Positions 29,495-40,553 of a stretch of DNA of 42,412 bases are shown piece after piece. Below the pieces are notes generated by a model, which had not been told where the DNA came from, searched no databases, and worked only from the letters and a program-made list of their open reading frames with translations. The position numbers and the translations under genes were made by a program. Location of the stretch: NCBI GenBank assembly GCA_043825985.1, contig JBDRRB010000004.1:1-42412 (forward strand). The letters are read 5' to 3'. Every line of letters begins with the position of its first letter. The first letter of the stretch is position 1. This DNA comes from a bacterium (GTDB lineage Bacteria > Patescibacteriota > Patescibacteriia > SG8-24).

Positions 29495-29878
29495 ATGAAC
29501 GACGAGCAGATGAAAAACGAATCGCCCGATCTCTATCGGGTGGCGCGCCAGGGCGGGACAGAAGCGCCGTTCAGCGGCGAGCATTGGAACCGGCATGAGA
29601 GGGGCGCATACAGCTGCCGAGTCTGCGGAGCTCGGCTGTTTGACTCCGAGACGAAGTTCGACAGCGGGACCGGCTGGCCCAGCTTCGATCGGGCCCTGCC
29701 CGGCGCCGTCGAGTACCGTCCTGACATGAGTCACGGCCTGGAGCGGACCGAAGTGGTCTGCGCCGGCTGCGGGGCTCATTTGGGGCATGTCTTCGACGAC
29801 GGTCCGGCCGAGACGACCGGCCGGCGGCACTGCATCAATTCGGTCTGCCTGGACTTTGCCCGGGACCAGGATTCGTGA
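29495..29878 (+). CDS. msrB: peptide-methionine (R)-S-oxide reductase
   Basis: GTEAPFSG, CxxC, SGTGWPSF, HLGHVFDDGP and RHCINS. Confidence 0.95.
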   Translation: MNDEQMKNESPDLYRVARQGGTEAPFSGEHWNRHERGAYSCRVCGARLFDSETKFDSGTGWPSFDRALPGAVEYRPDMSHGLERTEVVCAGCGAHLGHVFDDGPAETTGRRHCINSVCLDFARDQDS

Positions 29879-29915
29879 CCGCCTCGTCCACGTCGGAATT
29901 GAGGGGGAGCCGTTA

Positions 29916-29944
29916 TTGACAGCTTTCGACTGATGGTCTAAGGT
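29916..29944 (+). promoter_or_regulatory. sigma70 promoter of the 230-nt RNA
   Basis: TTGACA-17 nt-TAAGGT. Confidence 0.6.
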
Positions 29945-29953
29945 CCTTCTTGC

Positions 29954-30183
29954 CGATGGTTAAAGGGTCCTTCGCCTTCGCGGCAGCCGAAACGCCAGAA
30001 TGTCTTCGGCGGATTCGCGGAGCCCTCCGTCGAAGACGGCAGCCGAGCTGCCCTCATATCGGGGGACCCCAGGTCTTAGGTGGCCGCCGGTGGCGGTCAG
30101 TCTATGGGGCTGACGCGCGCCAGAACGGAGCGCCTGCCTAACGGTGGGATTCGACTCCGTTGGCCAGCCTGAAGTCACCATCG
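29954..30183 (+). ncRNA. candidate structured ncRNA of unknown class (~230 nt)
   Basis: Closing stem CGATGGT/ACCATCG, several internal helices, a promoter upstream and a terminator immediately downstream. Confidence 0.55.
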
Positions 30184-30187
30184 TCTT

Positions 30188-30225
30188 TGCGGGTCGGGAA
30201 GATTTTCCGGCCCGCATTTTTGTTT
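30188..30225 (+). terminator. intrinsic terminator
   Basis: TGCGGGTCGGGA/TTCCGGCCCGCA stem followed by TTTTTGTTT. Confidence 0.8.
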
Positions 30226-30425
30226 GCGAAGCCTAAACCACGGGCGTGAGCCCGGGGAGTGTCATTTTGTAACAGCTGCCCTTTAGTGCGGTGCCGCAGG
30301 CGGAGCAGCGATGGTACGGCAAGACGAAGAAGCTTTTAGGTGGTCGCATCTTGTTTGGAAAAAGGAAACCCCGCTTTTTTTCGAAATCAAAAGAGCCACC
30401 CCTTCAGGTGGCTCTCGTTTTCTGT

Positions 30426-32237
<1,812 letters not shown>

Positions 32238-32404
32238 TTCGGTGTTGTTTAGGCTCGCATAACGAGCGAATGCTACTCCTCTCGGGCCGGCCTGTCAATC
32301 GGCGGCGGTTCGGTTCGCCGGCCAGCCCGGGTCGCGTCCGGAGCGCATCGGTAAAAATAAGGCCGCGGTTTGGGGCCGCGGCCGTCATTTCGGTCCGTTC
32401 GGTC

Positions 32405-33127
32405 CTAGAAGTATGGGCGTTCCGGCGACTTGCTGACGATCTCGTAGGCCTCATTGGCGGTGTCCACCACCTGCACCAGGTCGAGGTCGTCGGGCGAGAT
32501 GTATCCCCTGGCCAGCAGGCTTTCCCTGACCCAACCGAACAGCCCTTCCCAGTACGGTCGGTTGACCAGCACGATCGGGATGGGCGACATCTTGCCGGTC
32601 TGGATCAGGGTGATCAGCTCGAACATCTCGTCCATCGTGCCGAACCCTCCCGGAAAGAAGATGTAGGCCTGCGACGAGGCGGACATCATTACCTTGCGGG
32701 TGAAGAAGTAGTAGAAGCCCTTGCCCCGACTGACGTAACGGTTGGTGCGCTGTTCCTTGGGCAGCTGGATGTTGAGTCCGATCGACTCTGCGCCGGCCTC
32801 GGCCGCGCCGCGGTTGGCCGCTTCCATGATTCCCGGACCGCCGCCGGTGATGATGGTGAACCCTTCCTTGCCGAGCGACCGGGCCAGTTCGCGGGCCGAC
32901 TCGTAGTCTGGATGGCCCTCGGCGACACGGGCCGATCCGAAGAACGTCACTTCCCGCTTGAGGTCGGCCAGGAGTTCGAATCCCTCCGTGAACTCGGACA
33001 TTATTCGAAATATCTTCCAGCTGGCGTCCTTGCGAAAGTCCGGCACCTGCGGCGGGGGAGTCTCGTCCGTTCCCGGTATTTTCCTTTCGCGATGCCCGCC
33101 ATCTCTCAGCTTTTGGTCTTCGTCCAT
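32405..33127 (-). CDS. LOG family (TIGR00730) Rossmann-fold protein
   Basis: FFGSAR, TGGGPGIMEAANRG and FPGGFGTMDE. Confidence 0.92.
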   Translation of the reverse strand: MDEDQKLRDGGHRERKIPGTDETPPPQVPDFRKDASWKIFRIMSEFTEGFELLADLKREVTFFGSARVAEGHPDYESARELARSLGKEGFTIITGGGPGIMEAANRGAAEAGAESIGLNIQLPKEQRTNRYVSRGKGFYYFFTRKVMMSASSQAYIFFPGGFGTMDEMFELITLIQTGKMSPIPIVLVNRPYWEGLFGWVRESLLARGYISPDDLDLVQVVDTANEAYEIVSKSPERPYF

Positions 33128-33188
33128 AGGGTTGACGTTGTTATTTCCCGGATTTCATCTTGATCGCGTCTCGTCTCGTCGCGTTCGG

Positions 33189-34061
33189 CTACTCGAACCT
33201 CTCCTGCCAGCGTTCCTCGACGCCGACGTCCAGGTCGACGAACACTTGGCGGCCGGTGACCGTCTCCAGCTCGTGCCGGACCGACTGGCCGATCGACTTG
33301 ATCATGTGTCCGCCCTGGCCGATCAGCATGCCGCGGTAGCGGTCGGCGTTGGTCAGGATCCGTGCCCGGACGTAGAGCGTGCCGTTGTCGCGGTCCGACA
33401 CCTCCTCGACCTCGACGGTGGTCGAGTACGGCACCTCCTCGTGCATGCGCAGGAAGACCTTCTCGCGGATCAGCTCGGCGATGCGGAAGTTGCGGTCCAG
33501 GTTGGTCAGCGTCTCGCCCGGATAGAACGGCTCGCCGACTGGCAGCAGCTCGATCATGGTGTCGATCAGCGCCTTGAGGTTGTGCCCCTTGCTGGCCGAT
33601 ATCTCGATCACCGCGTCGAACTCGTCGGACCAGGCCCGGTACTCGTCGGCGTAAGGGCCGCGCAGGTCCGACTTGTTGACGACCAGGATCTTCGGGCATT
33701 CCGCGGCCGACACCAGCCGGTGGACGATCTTCTCCTCGTCGCCGACGTGTCGGGTCGGGTCGACCACGTAGACCACCAGGTCGATTCCGCGGAGCGACTG
33801 CCGGGCCTTCTCGTTCAGGCGGGCGGTCAGGTTGTCCGGGACGTGGGTGAACACGCCGGGCGTATCCACGATGACCACCTGTCCGCGCGGGTCGTTCAGT
33901 ACGCCCTGGATGGCGTGGCGGGTGGTCTGCGGCTTGGGCGTGGTGATGGCCACCTTGGTCCCGACGAGCGCGTTAAGCAGCGTGGACTTGCCCACGTTGG
34001 AACGGCCGACCAGGACGGCGAAGCCGGATTTGCTTGCGTTTTGGCTGTTGTTTTCGGTCAT
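33189..34061 (-). CDS. era: GTPase Era
   Basis: GRSNVGKSTL, KPQTTR, DTPG, NKSD, EEVPY and a KH domain (IGQGG). Start MTENN at 34061. Confidence 0.96.
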   Translation of the reverse strand: MTENNSQNASKSGFAVLVGRSNVGKSTLLNALVGTKVAITTPKPQTTRHAIQGVLNDPRGQVVIVDTPGVFTHVPDNLTARLNEKARQSLRGIDLVVYVVDPTRHVGDEEKIVHRLVSAAECPKILVVNKSDLRGPYADEYRAWSDEFDAVIEISASKGHNLKALIDTMIELLPVGEPFYPGETLTNLDRNFRIAELIREKVFLRMHEEVPYSTTVEVEEVSDRDNGTLYVRARILTNADRYRGMLIGQGGHMIKSIGQSVRHELETVTGRQVFVDLDVGVEERWQERFE

Positions 34062-34207
34062 ATCTTTCTGATGCGTACGAAGCGTACAGCAGCGGTCGGC
34101 GTTTTTCCAGTCCGGCCGCCGATCGGTTTGCTTGACCGCATACGGCGCCGCGATTAGGCTCAGGCCAGGTTCTTTCGTTCGTGAACGCTGCCGAAGGGAA
34201 AAGGGGA

Positions 34208-34471
34208 ATGTCCGTTGATCGCTGCCGGCGGAAGAAGGACTTTTGGAGGCAGGAAATTCATGACGGCCTGGTCGAGTACTGGACCGAAGCGGAGGAGCGA
34301 CGACGAAGAGGGTTGGAAACGGTAGGGGTCGGAGGAAATTTGCGTCGGTCAGTCGGATGCCGACTGCTGTGCGTCTGGCTCTGCGGACCAGGATCCGGCC
34401 GGCTCGTCCTCGTCTTCCTGCTCTGCGACGGGAACAGTTGGCTGGTCTCGACGGTCGAGATTTCGTGGTGA
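34208..34471 (+). CDS. 87-aa orphan protein in its own transcription unit
   Basis: Promoter TTGACC(34132)-17 nt-TAGGCT, purine-rich AAGGGG before the ATG, and a terminator at 34497-34526. Confidence 0.45.
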   Translation: MSVDRCRRKKDFWRQEIHDGLVEYWTEAEERRRRGLETVGVGGNLRRSVGCRLLCVWLCGPGSGRLVLVFLLCDGNSWLVSTVEISW

Positions 34472-34496
34472 GACAGGTCGTCTTTCGTCTCTCGAC

Positions 34497-34526
34497 GACG
34501 GGTTCCGGTGGAGCCCGTCTTTTTTT
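34497..34526 (+). terminator. intrinsic terminator
   Basis: GACGGGTTCC/GGAGCCCGTC stem followed by T7. Confidence 0.8.
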
Positions 34527-34542
34527 GTCTCGGCCGACAGCC

Positions 34543-35865
34543 CTAGTCCGTCCGGGCGACCAGCTTGGCCACCAGCTCGACATGCGGCGAGTTGGGGAAC
34601 AGGTCGAGCGCGGTCAGGTCGGCCGTCCGGTAGCCGGCCTTCAGCGCCTGCCAATCCCGGGCGAAGCTGTCGTGGTTGCAGGAGACGTAGACCAGCGTCC
34701 GCGGCCGCAGCCTGAGCAGGGTCTCGATCACCTTCGGGTGCAGGCCCGAGCGCGGCGGGTCGATGATTGCGAGGTCGGGATGGCCGTCGCTCCAGGTGAG
34801 CGACTCGGCCTTGGCGTCGGTGAAGGTCAGGTTGGCGAGGCCGTTCAGCTCGGCGTTGCGGCGGGCGGCGGCGATGGCCTGGGCGTCGAGCTCCACGCCG
34901 TGCGCCTCTCGCACCAGGTCGGCCAGGCCGACGGCGAAGAAGCCCACGCCGCAGTACAGGTCGAGGAGGGTCTCGGCGCCGGACGCGGCGACGTGCCTGC
35001 GGACCTCCTCGAGCAGCCGGCCGGCCATGGCCGTGTTGGTCTGGAAGAACGAGTTTGGCGGGATCAGGAAGTCGCGCCCGCCGACGCGCTCGCGCAGCAG
35101 CTCGTTGCCGGAGAGCAGCTCCAGCCGCTCGGCGTAGGACAGGTCGGTCACGGTCGGGTTGATGCCGTGGTAGATCGTGGTGCAGTGCGGCGCGAGGCGG
35201 CGGAGCAGGTCCTCGCGTGCCGGCAGCTCGCCCTCGCCCGTGACTACGGTGACCATCCGCTCGCCGGTCTCCTTGCCCTCACGCACCACCAGGTAGCGGA
35301 CGAAGCCGTCGTGCCGGAAGGCGTTCCACGGTTCGGCTCCGCTGTCCCGCATCCAGTCCCGGAACTCGCGCAGCAGGTCGGCGGCCGCGGGTCCGAGTAG
35401 CGGGCATTCGTCCAGGTTGACGTAGGCGTTCCAGCGGCCGGGCCGCTTGAGGCCGACCTGGCCCTCCGGTCCGACGCAGAAGTCCATCCGGTTGCGGTAG
35501 CCCAGGGTGGCCGGAGCGGGTACGACCGCCTCGATCAGCGGCTCGATGCCGGCCGAGCGCAGCGACTCGTTGACCAGTCCGCGCTTCAGCTCCAGCTGAC
35601 GTTCATATCTTATATGCTGCCAGGCGCAGCCGCCGCAGGTGCCGGCATGGGGGCAGGTCGGCTCGACGCGGTCCGGCGACGCCTCGACCAGCCTCTCCGT
35701 CTCGAACTTCTTGACCCCCTTGCGCTTGCCGACGAACGAGGCCTCGACCCGTTCCCCGGGCACGACGAAATTGAGGCAGGCCGGCCGGCCGCCCACCAGT
35801 CCGCAGCCGCGCCCCTTGCGGTCGACATGGGTGATCTCGATTTCGTGCGTCTCGCCGTATTTCAT
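34543..35865 (-). CDS. rlmD: 23S rRNA (uracil-5)-methyltransferase, RlmD/RumA family
   Basis: TRAM-like N-terminus, CxxxxxCGGC Fe-S motif, FFQTN, LDLYCGVG, DPPRSG and YVSCN. Confidence 0.9.
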   Translation of the reverse strand: MKYGETHEIEITHVDRKGRGCGLVGGRPACLNFVVPGERVEASFVGKRKGVKKFETERLVEASPDRVEPTCPHAGTCGGCAWQHIRYERQLELKRGLVNESLRSAGIEPLIEAVVPAPATLGYRNRMDFCVGPEGQVGLKRPGRWNAYVNLDECPLLGPAAADLLREFRDWMRDSGAEPWNAFRHDGFVRYLVVREGKETGERMVTVVTGEGELPAREDLLRRLAPHCTTIYHGINPTVTDLSYAERLELLSGNELLRERVGGRDFLIPPNSFFQTNTAMAGRLLEEVRRHVAASGAETLLDLYCGVGFFAVGLADLVREAHGVELDAQAIAAARRNAELNGLANLTFTDAKAESLTWSDGHPDLAIIDPPRSGLHPKVIETLLRLRPRTLVYVSCNHDSFARDWQALKAGYRTADLTALDLFPNSPHVELVAKLVARTD

Positions 35866-36020
35866 GAGAGCAGGGTACTTTTTTTGTTCGGTTCGGTCCA
35901 GGGTTATCTCGGTACCTGGTACCAAAGGGACAGGTGAGATGTCAGCCCCGCTCTGGTAGGTTTGGTCCAGGGTTGACTTTTCGTTTATTAAATGGTTGCC
36001 TTAGCCGCAAGGAGGATATT

Positions 36021-36698
36021 TTGACAAAAAAGAAGTCCACGAATGGCATCGAAAGCCTGAAGTTCGGTCTTAAAACGGCGCTGGAGGAATTTGGTCTGAC
36101 TCCGAGAGAGTCTGGATTTCTTCTGGGCTGTCTCGGCAAGCTTCTTGCCTTCATGGACAATGAAGAGGTGCCATGTCTTTTGAAATCCGGCGACGAACTC
36201 GATCACCTGCAGTCCCAGCTGGTCCTCTCTGCTGCCCTGGGAACGGTGGTTCGGAGAATCCTGACGGTCTCGCTTCAGCAGCCACCCAAATTGCCTGAGT
36301 GGACCAAGCCTCCTCAGGAGAGACTGATCTTGATACTGATCGAAGGCGGAATCGACTTGTCAGGATCGCTAGCATGCAAGCTCGATCGGGTTCGTGATGA
36401 TTTCCAGCAGTATATTTCCGATGAGCTGAAAGCCGCTGCGGAAAAGGTTCTGCATTTCATGATGCCCCATGTCGAAATGCGGCTCGTAAATACGTTCGGC
36501 TATGAGCTGGGGCGGCAGGGCGGCTTGATTTGGAGCGGATACAGTTTAGTTCTGTTTGATTTGTTGGTTCATGCTCGGCTAGGGCATTGGCGAATAGTGA
36601 ATCGTCTGGTGGGCCTGATCGACCAGTGCATGATTAGCTGCTTTCCTCTCGGCGAGTCCGGTCAGGAGTCAGGAACTTATGTATTTCTGGTCGCCTAA
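36021..36698 (+). CDS. orphan hypothetical protein, AT-richer than neighbours
   Basis: SD AAGGAGG before TTG 36021. Terminator CCGCAC-TTCG-GTGCGG with a T-run at 36738-36763. Confidence 0.6.
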   Translation: MTKKKSTNGIESLKFGLKTALEEFGLTPRESGFLLGCLGKLLAFMDNEEVPCLLKSGDELDHLQSQLVLSAALGTVVRRILTVSLQQPPKLPEWTKPPQERLILILIEGGIDLSGSLACKLDRVRDDFQQYISDELKAAAEKVLHFMMPHVEMRLVNTFGYELGRQGGLIWSGYSLVLFDLLVHARLGHWRIVNRLVGLIDQCMISCFPLGESGQESGTYVFLVA

Positions 36699-36895
36699 AC
36701 CGACGATTTTCGTTTCTTCTTCTTCTTTCATCTCAGTCCGCACTTCGGTGCGGTTTTTCTTTTCGTAGTGTTCAGGGCCGAACGGGTCGAAGGCGAGACA
36801 GGATCTCCCCGCGTTTCTCAAAAAAGAAGGGTTTTGCGCTTGGGTCGTAGGACCGAAAGGCCGTTTTCGGCTTCTTTCTGCTATCATGGAGCCAT

Positions 36896-37645
36896 ATGCT
36901 TTCGATCGTCATTCCGACCTACAATGAGGAGAAGTACCTGCCGTTCCTGCTGCGTTCGATCAGCGCCCAGACTGCGGACGACTACGAGATCGTCGTGGCC
37001 GACAATGGTTCGACCGATCGAACGCGGAAGATCGCGGTCGAGTTCGGCGCGCGGATCACGGACGGCGGACTGCCGTCAGCCGGACGCAACCGCGGTGCGG
37101 CGGCGGCCAAGGGCGACCTGCTGCTGTTCCTCGACGCCGACGTGGTGCTGACCAGCCCTCGGTTCATCGAGGATACGGTGGCCGAATTCCGCGAGCGCGA
37201 ACTGGACGTGGCCACCTGTCGGGTCGAGCCGATCTCGGACCGCAAGGTCGACCGCTATCTGCATGAGGCCTTCAACTACTTCATGTGGGTCATGGCGGCG
37301 ATCCATCCGCATGCGCCGGGGTTCTGCATCTTCGCCCGCAAGGAAGTGCACGAGAAGATCGGCGGGTTCGACGAGGAGATCAAGCTGGGCGAGGACCACG
37401 ACTACGTGGACCGGGCCGGCAAGGTGGCCAAGTTCGGTCTGCTCAAGTCGCACAAGATTCCGGTTTCGGTGCGCCGGCTCGACCGGGACGGCCGGCTCAA
37501 GACCACGATCAAGTACCTGGCCGCCGAGCTGCACATCCGCACCAAGGGACCGATCAAGAACGACCTGTTCCGCTACGGCTGGGGCCATGACGGCAGCGTC
37601 GCGACGAAGGGTGCCGCCGGCGGAAGGAGGCGGCGCGGCAAGTAG
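36896..37645 (+). CDS. glycosyltransferase family 2
   Basis: SIVIPTYNEE, DNGSTD, LFLDAD, GGFDE and GED. Confidence 0.93.
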   Translation: MLSIVIPTYNEEKYLPFLLRSISAQTADDYEIVVADNGSTDRTRKIAVEFGARITDGGLPSAGRNRGAAAAKGDLLLFLDADVVLTSPRFIEDTVAEFRERELDVATCRVEPISDRKVDRYLHEAFNYFMWVMAAIHPHAPGFCIFARKEVHEKIGGFDEEIKLGEDHDYVDRAGKVAKFGLLKSHKIPVSVRRLDRDGRLKTTIKYLAAELHIRTKGPIKNDLFRYGWGHDGSVATKGAAGGRRRRGK

Positions 37646-37763
37646 GCCGTCGGCGTTCCGACCGAAGCGTTTTTTCGATCCGTACTATAATCAGTCCTGA
37701 CCTGTCGGCCGGTCGGGCCGGACACGGCAGTCGGCGCGTGGCGGCCGACCGTAACCATCACCT

Positions 37764-38897
37764 ATGTCAGAGAAGAAGTTCATCATGGGCAACGAGGCCG
37801 TCGGCATGGCGGCCCGCGCGGCCGGGGCCCGGGCCATGTACGGCTATCCGATCACGCCGGCCTCCGAGATCATGCACTACTGGGCGCGCGAGGCGGGCAG
37901 CGAGGCCGGGCGGCGCGACCGGCTGGTGTTCCAGCAGGCCGAGGACGAGATCGGCGCCGGCTTCATGCTGATCGGCGGCGTCCTGTCCGGGACGCGGTCC
38001 TTCACTGCGACCGCCGGTCCGGGCCATGTCCTGATGCAGGACGCCTTCGCCATGGCCGAGGCGATGCGCCTGCCGGTCGTGGCCTACGTCATGCAGCGCG
38101 GCGGACCGTCCACCTCGACCGTCATCTACTCGCAGCAGGAGGTGAACCTGGCCTGCTTCGGCGGCAACGGCAACGGCTTCCGCGTGGTCTACGCCCCGTC
38201 CTCGCTGCAGGAGATGTACGACTGCGCCATCCGCTCGTTCAACACGGCCTGGCGCTGGCGGTTTCCGACCTTCATGCTGGGCGACGGCTACCTGGCCAAG
38301 ATGATGGGCGAGGTCGAGGCCTACGATCCGGCCGAGCGCGGCATCGAGATGGTGCCGACCGAGGCCTACATGCTGGAGCGGGAGCGGCGGATCGACTTGG
38401 CCGAGGTAGTGCCCTCGCCGGAGATACAGGTCAGGCATGACGGCGGGGTGGAGTACGCCTGCCTAAGGAACTGCCTGAACCTCGAGGAGGAGACGCTCAC
38501 GGTGAACCGCGAGATCAAGGCCGCCTGGGACCGGATGGCCGTCGAGGTCACGGAGCACGAGCTGTACGGTTCGGACGGCGCCGGGACGCTGATCGTGGCC
38601 CACGGCATCGTGGCCGCGGCCGCCCGGACGACCGTCGACTCGCTGGGCGACGCCGGCGGTGTGGCGCTCTTCCGTCCGGTCACTCTGAACCCGTTTCCGG
38701 CCGAGGCCCTGCGGCGGGCGGCGGCGCAGGCCGAACGCGTCATCGTGGCCGAGTCGGCCTACAACCAGCTCGGTCGACTGGTCCGCGACGCCCTCTACGG
38801 TCATGCGACCGTGCCGATCGTCGACTACTTCCGTCCCTCGTTCGGCATCCTGCCCGAGGACCTGGCCGACCTGGTGACCGGTCGGGTCACCGCCTAA
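37764..38897 (+). CDS. 2-oxoacid:ferredoxin oxidoreductase alpha subunit
   Basis: GNEA, YGYPITPASE, QAEDE, TATAGPG and QRGGPST. Confidence 0.92.
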   Translation: MSEKKFIMGNEAVGMAARAAGARAMYGYPITPASEIMHYWAREAGSEAGRRDRLVFQQAEDEIGAGFMLIGGVLSGTRSFTATAGPGHVLMQDAFAMAEAMRLPVVAYVMQRGGPSTSTVIYSQQEVNLACFGGNGNGFRVVYAPSSLQEMYDCAIRSFNTAWRWRFPTFMLGDGYLAKMMGEVEAYDPAERGIEMVPTEAYMLERERRIDLAEVVPSPEIQVRHDGGVEYACLRNCLNLEEETLTVNREIKAAWDRMAVEVTEHELYGSDGAGTLIVAHGIVAAAARTTVDSLGDAGGVALFRPVTLNPFPAEALRRAAAQAERVIVAESAYNQLGRLVRDALYGHATVPIVDYFRPSFGILPEDLADLVTGRVTA

Positions 38898-38910
38898 AGC
38901 GACAGACACT

Positions 38911-39654
38911 ATGTTTGGAATCAAGAGAAAGCCGTCGGTCGAGTATCGCTCGCCGTTCCCCAAGTGCGTTCGCCTGGAGTCGAAGCCCCATACCTTCTGC
39001 GGCGGCTGCGGCCATCCGGAGGTGCTCAAGGCGTTCGGCTTCGCCGTCGACGAGCTGGAGCTGCAGGAACGCGTCGCCTTCGGCGTGGACATCGGCTGTT
39101 CGCTGCTAGCCTGGGACTTCTTCAACCTCGACACCATCGAGACCCATCACGGCCGGACGGTGCCGGTGATGGCCGGACTGCGGCGGGCGAATCCCGAGGC
39201 GGTCGCCGTGGCCTATGTCGGCGACGGCGGGGCCTACGCCATCGGCGCCGGCCACCTGCTGAACTCGGCCATCCGCAACGACAACATCCTGACCGTCGTG
39301 GTCAACAACGGCCTCTACGCCATGACCGGCGGGCAGGAGGCGCCGACCACCCATCCGGGCTGGAAGGTGACGACTGCCCCGTACGGCGCCGACGAGTACT
39401 ACATCAAGGCGCCGGAGATAGTCAGGAACGTCAATCCGACCGCCTTCGTGGCGCGCGGCATCGTCACCCGGCAGCTGGAGCTGCGGGCGCTGATGAGGGA
39501 CGCGCTGCGGCATGTGGCCGACAACAAGGGCTTCGCCTTCCTGGAGGTGCTGTCGCAGTGCCCGCTCAACTGGAAGACCATGGACGATCCGAAGGAGACG
39601 TTTCGGCGGCTGGAGGAGGATCATGCCGCTACCTTCCCACCCGGAAAATTTTAG
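38911..39654 (+). CDS. 2-oxoacid:ferredoxin oxidoreductase beta subunit (TPP-binding)
   Basis: FCGGCG, DIGC, HGR, GDGG..IG, NNGLYAMTGGQ and LSQCP. Confidence 0.93.
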   Translation: MFGIKRKPSVEYRSPFPKCVRLESKPHTFCGGCGHPEVLKAFGFAVDELELQERVAFGVDIGCSLLAWDFFNLDTIETHHGRTVPVMAGLRRANPEAVAVAYVGDGGAYAIGAGHLLNSAIRNDNILTVVVNNGLYAMTGGQEAPTTHPGWKVTTAPYGADEYYIKAPEIVRNVNPTAFVARGIVTRQLELRALMRDALRHVADNKGFAFLEVLSQCPLNWKTMDDPKETFRRLEEDHAATFPPGKF

Positions 39655-39662
39655 GCGGGCAT

Positions 39663-39784
39663 TCAGGCCTTGGTCCGGGCGCGCTGCACCCGACTTCGCG
39701 ATTCGTTTGCTCGGCGTACCCTCTAGTACGCCTCGCGGCACGAATCTCTCCAGTCGGGAACATCGCATCCCGTCCAAGACCTGA
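39663..39784. repeat. long imperfect palindrome (REP/MITE-like)
   Basis: Nested arms TCAGG/CCTGA, CTTGG/CCAAG, CCCGACT/AGTCGGG, GATTCGT/ACGAATC and GGCGTAC/GTACGCC. Confidence 0.7.
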
Positions 39785-39951
39785 CGAAGGCCTGTCTTTG
39801 ACAGGCACTTCGTCTCACTTGGAACTCACTGGCAGTCAGGCTGATCTCGCCTGATGCCTGCTGGGGATTCTCCAATCCAGACCGGCACACTTCGTCTCAC
39901 CAGGGACTTGCAGAGGATTTTCATAGATTCCCAAATCGTTTTTAGATGCCT

Positions 39952-40503
39952 ATGGCCGAATCAACCTACAACATCATCGTCTCCGGCGAGGGCGGACAGG
40001 GAGTGCTGTCGATCGCCGAGATCGTCGCCTACGCCGCCTGGCTGCAGGGGCGGCAGGCAGTCTGCGTGCCGTACTTCAGCACCGAGAAGCGCGGCGGCGT
40101 TTCGACTGCCTTCGCCCAGATCGGCGACCGGCCGATACCGTTCCCCAAGTTTCGGCAGGCCGACCTGGCGGTAGCCCTGTCGCAGCGGGCTGTCGAGCGG
40201 CTCCAGCCGTTCTTGGGCGACGCCACTCAGGTCATCGTCAACACTCATCTGGTCAAGGACATCGGGCCGTTCGGCCGGCGGCCGGTGCTGTCCATCGACG
40301 CCACCGCCCTGGCCAACGAGCGGCTGCACAAGCCGCGGACCTTCAACATGATCGTGCTCGGCGCGATGCTCAGGTTCGTGCCCGGGCTGTCCGAGGAGGG
40401 CTTCGCCGCCGCGCTCGACAAGCAGTTCGCGGTCAGGTACGAGCGCGATCCCGAGTTGCGCGCCCTGAACCGGCAGGCGATTGACTTGGGATACGGGCTG
40501 TAG
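39952..40503 (+). CDS. 2-oxoacid:ferredoxin oxidoreductase gamma subunit
   Basis: SGEGGQG, EKRGG, NMIVLGA and N.QAIDLG. Confidence 0.9.
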   Translation: MAESTYNIIVSGEGGQGVLSIAEIVAYAAWLQGRQAVCVPYFSTEKRGGVSTAFAQIGDRPIPFPKFRQADLAVALSQRAVERLQPFLGDATQVIVNTHLVKDIGPFGRRPVLSIDATALANERLHKPRTFNMIVLGAMLRFVPGLSEEGFAAALDKQFAVRYERDPELRALNRQAIDLGYGL

Positions 40504-40553
40504 GGCAATGTGAAGACGTCTGTGAATTCGTCTCGCTTGAACGGTAGACGTAA

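Noticed and set aside
30106-30180. tRNA gene
   Set aside because: It has a TTCGA loop and CACCA, but no consistent cloverleaf or anticodon arm, and the acceptor spacing is wrong.
34062-34583. N-terminal extension of Era
   Set aside because: Low-complexity read-through across a + strand unit; Era homology begins at about 34061.
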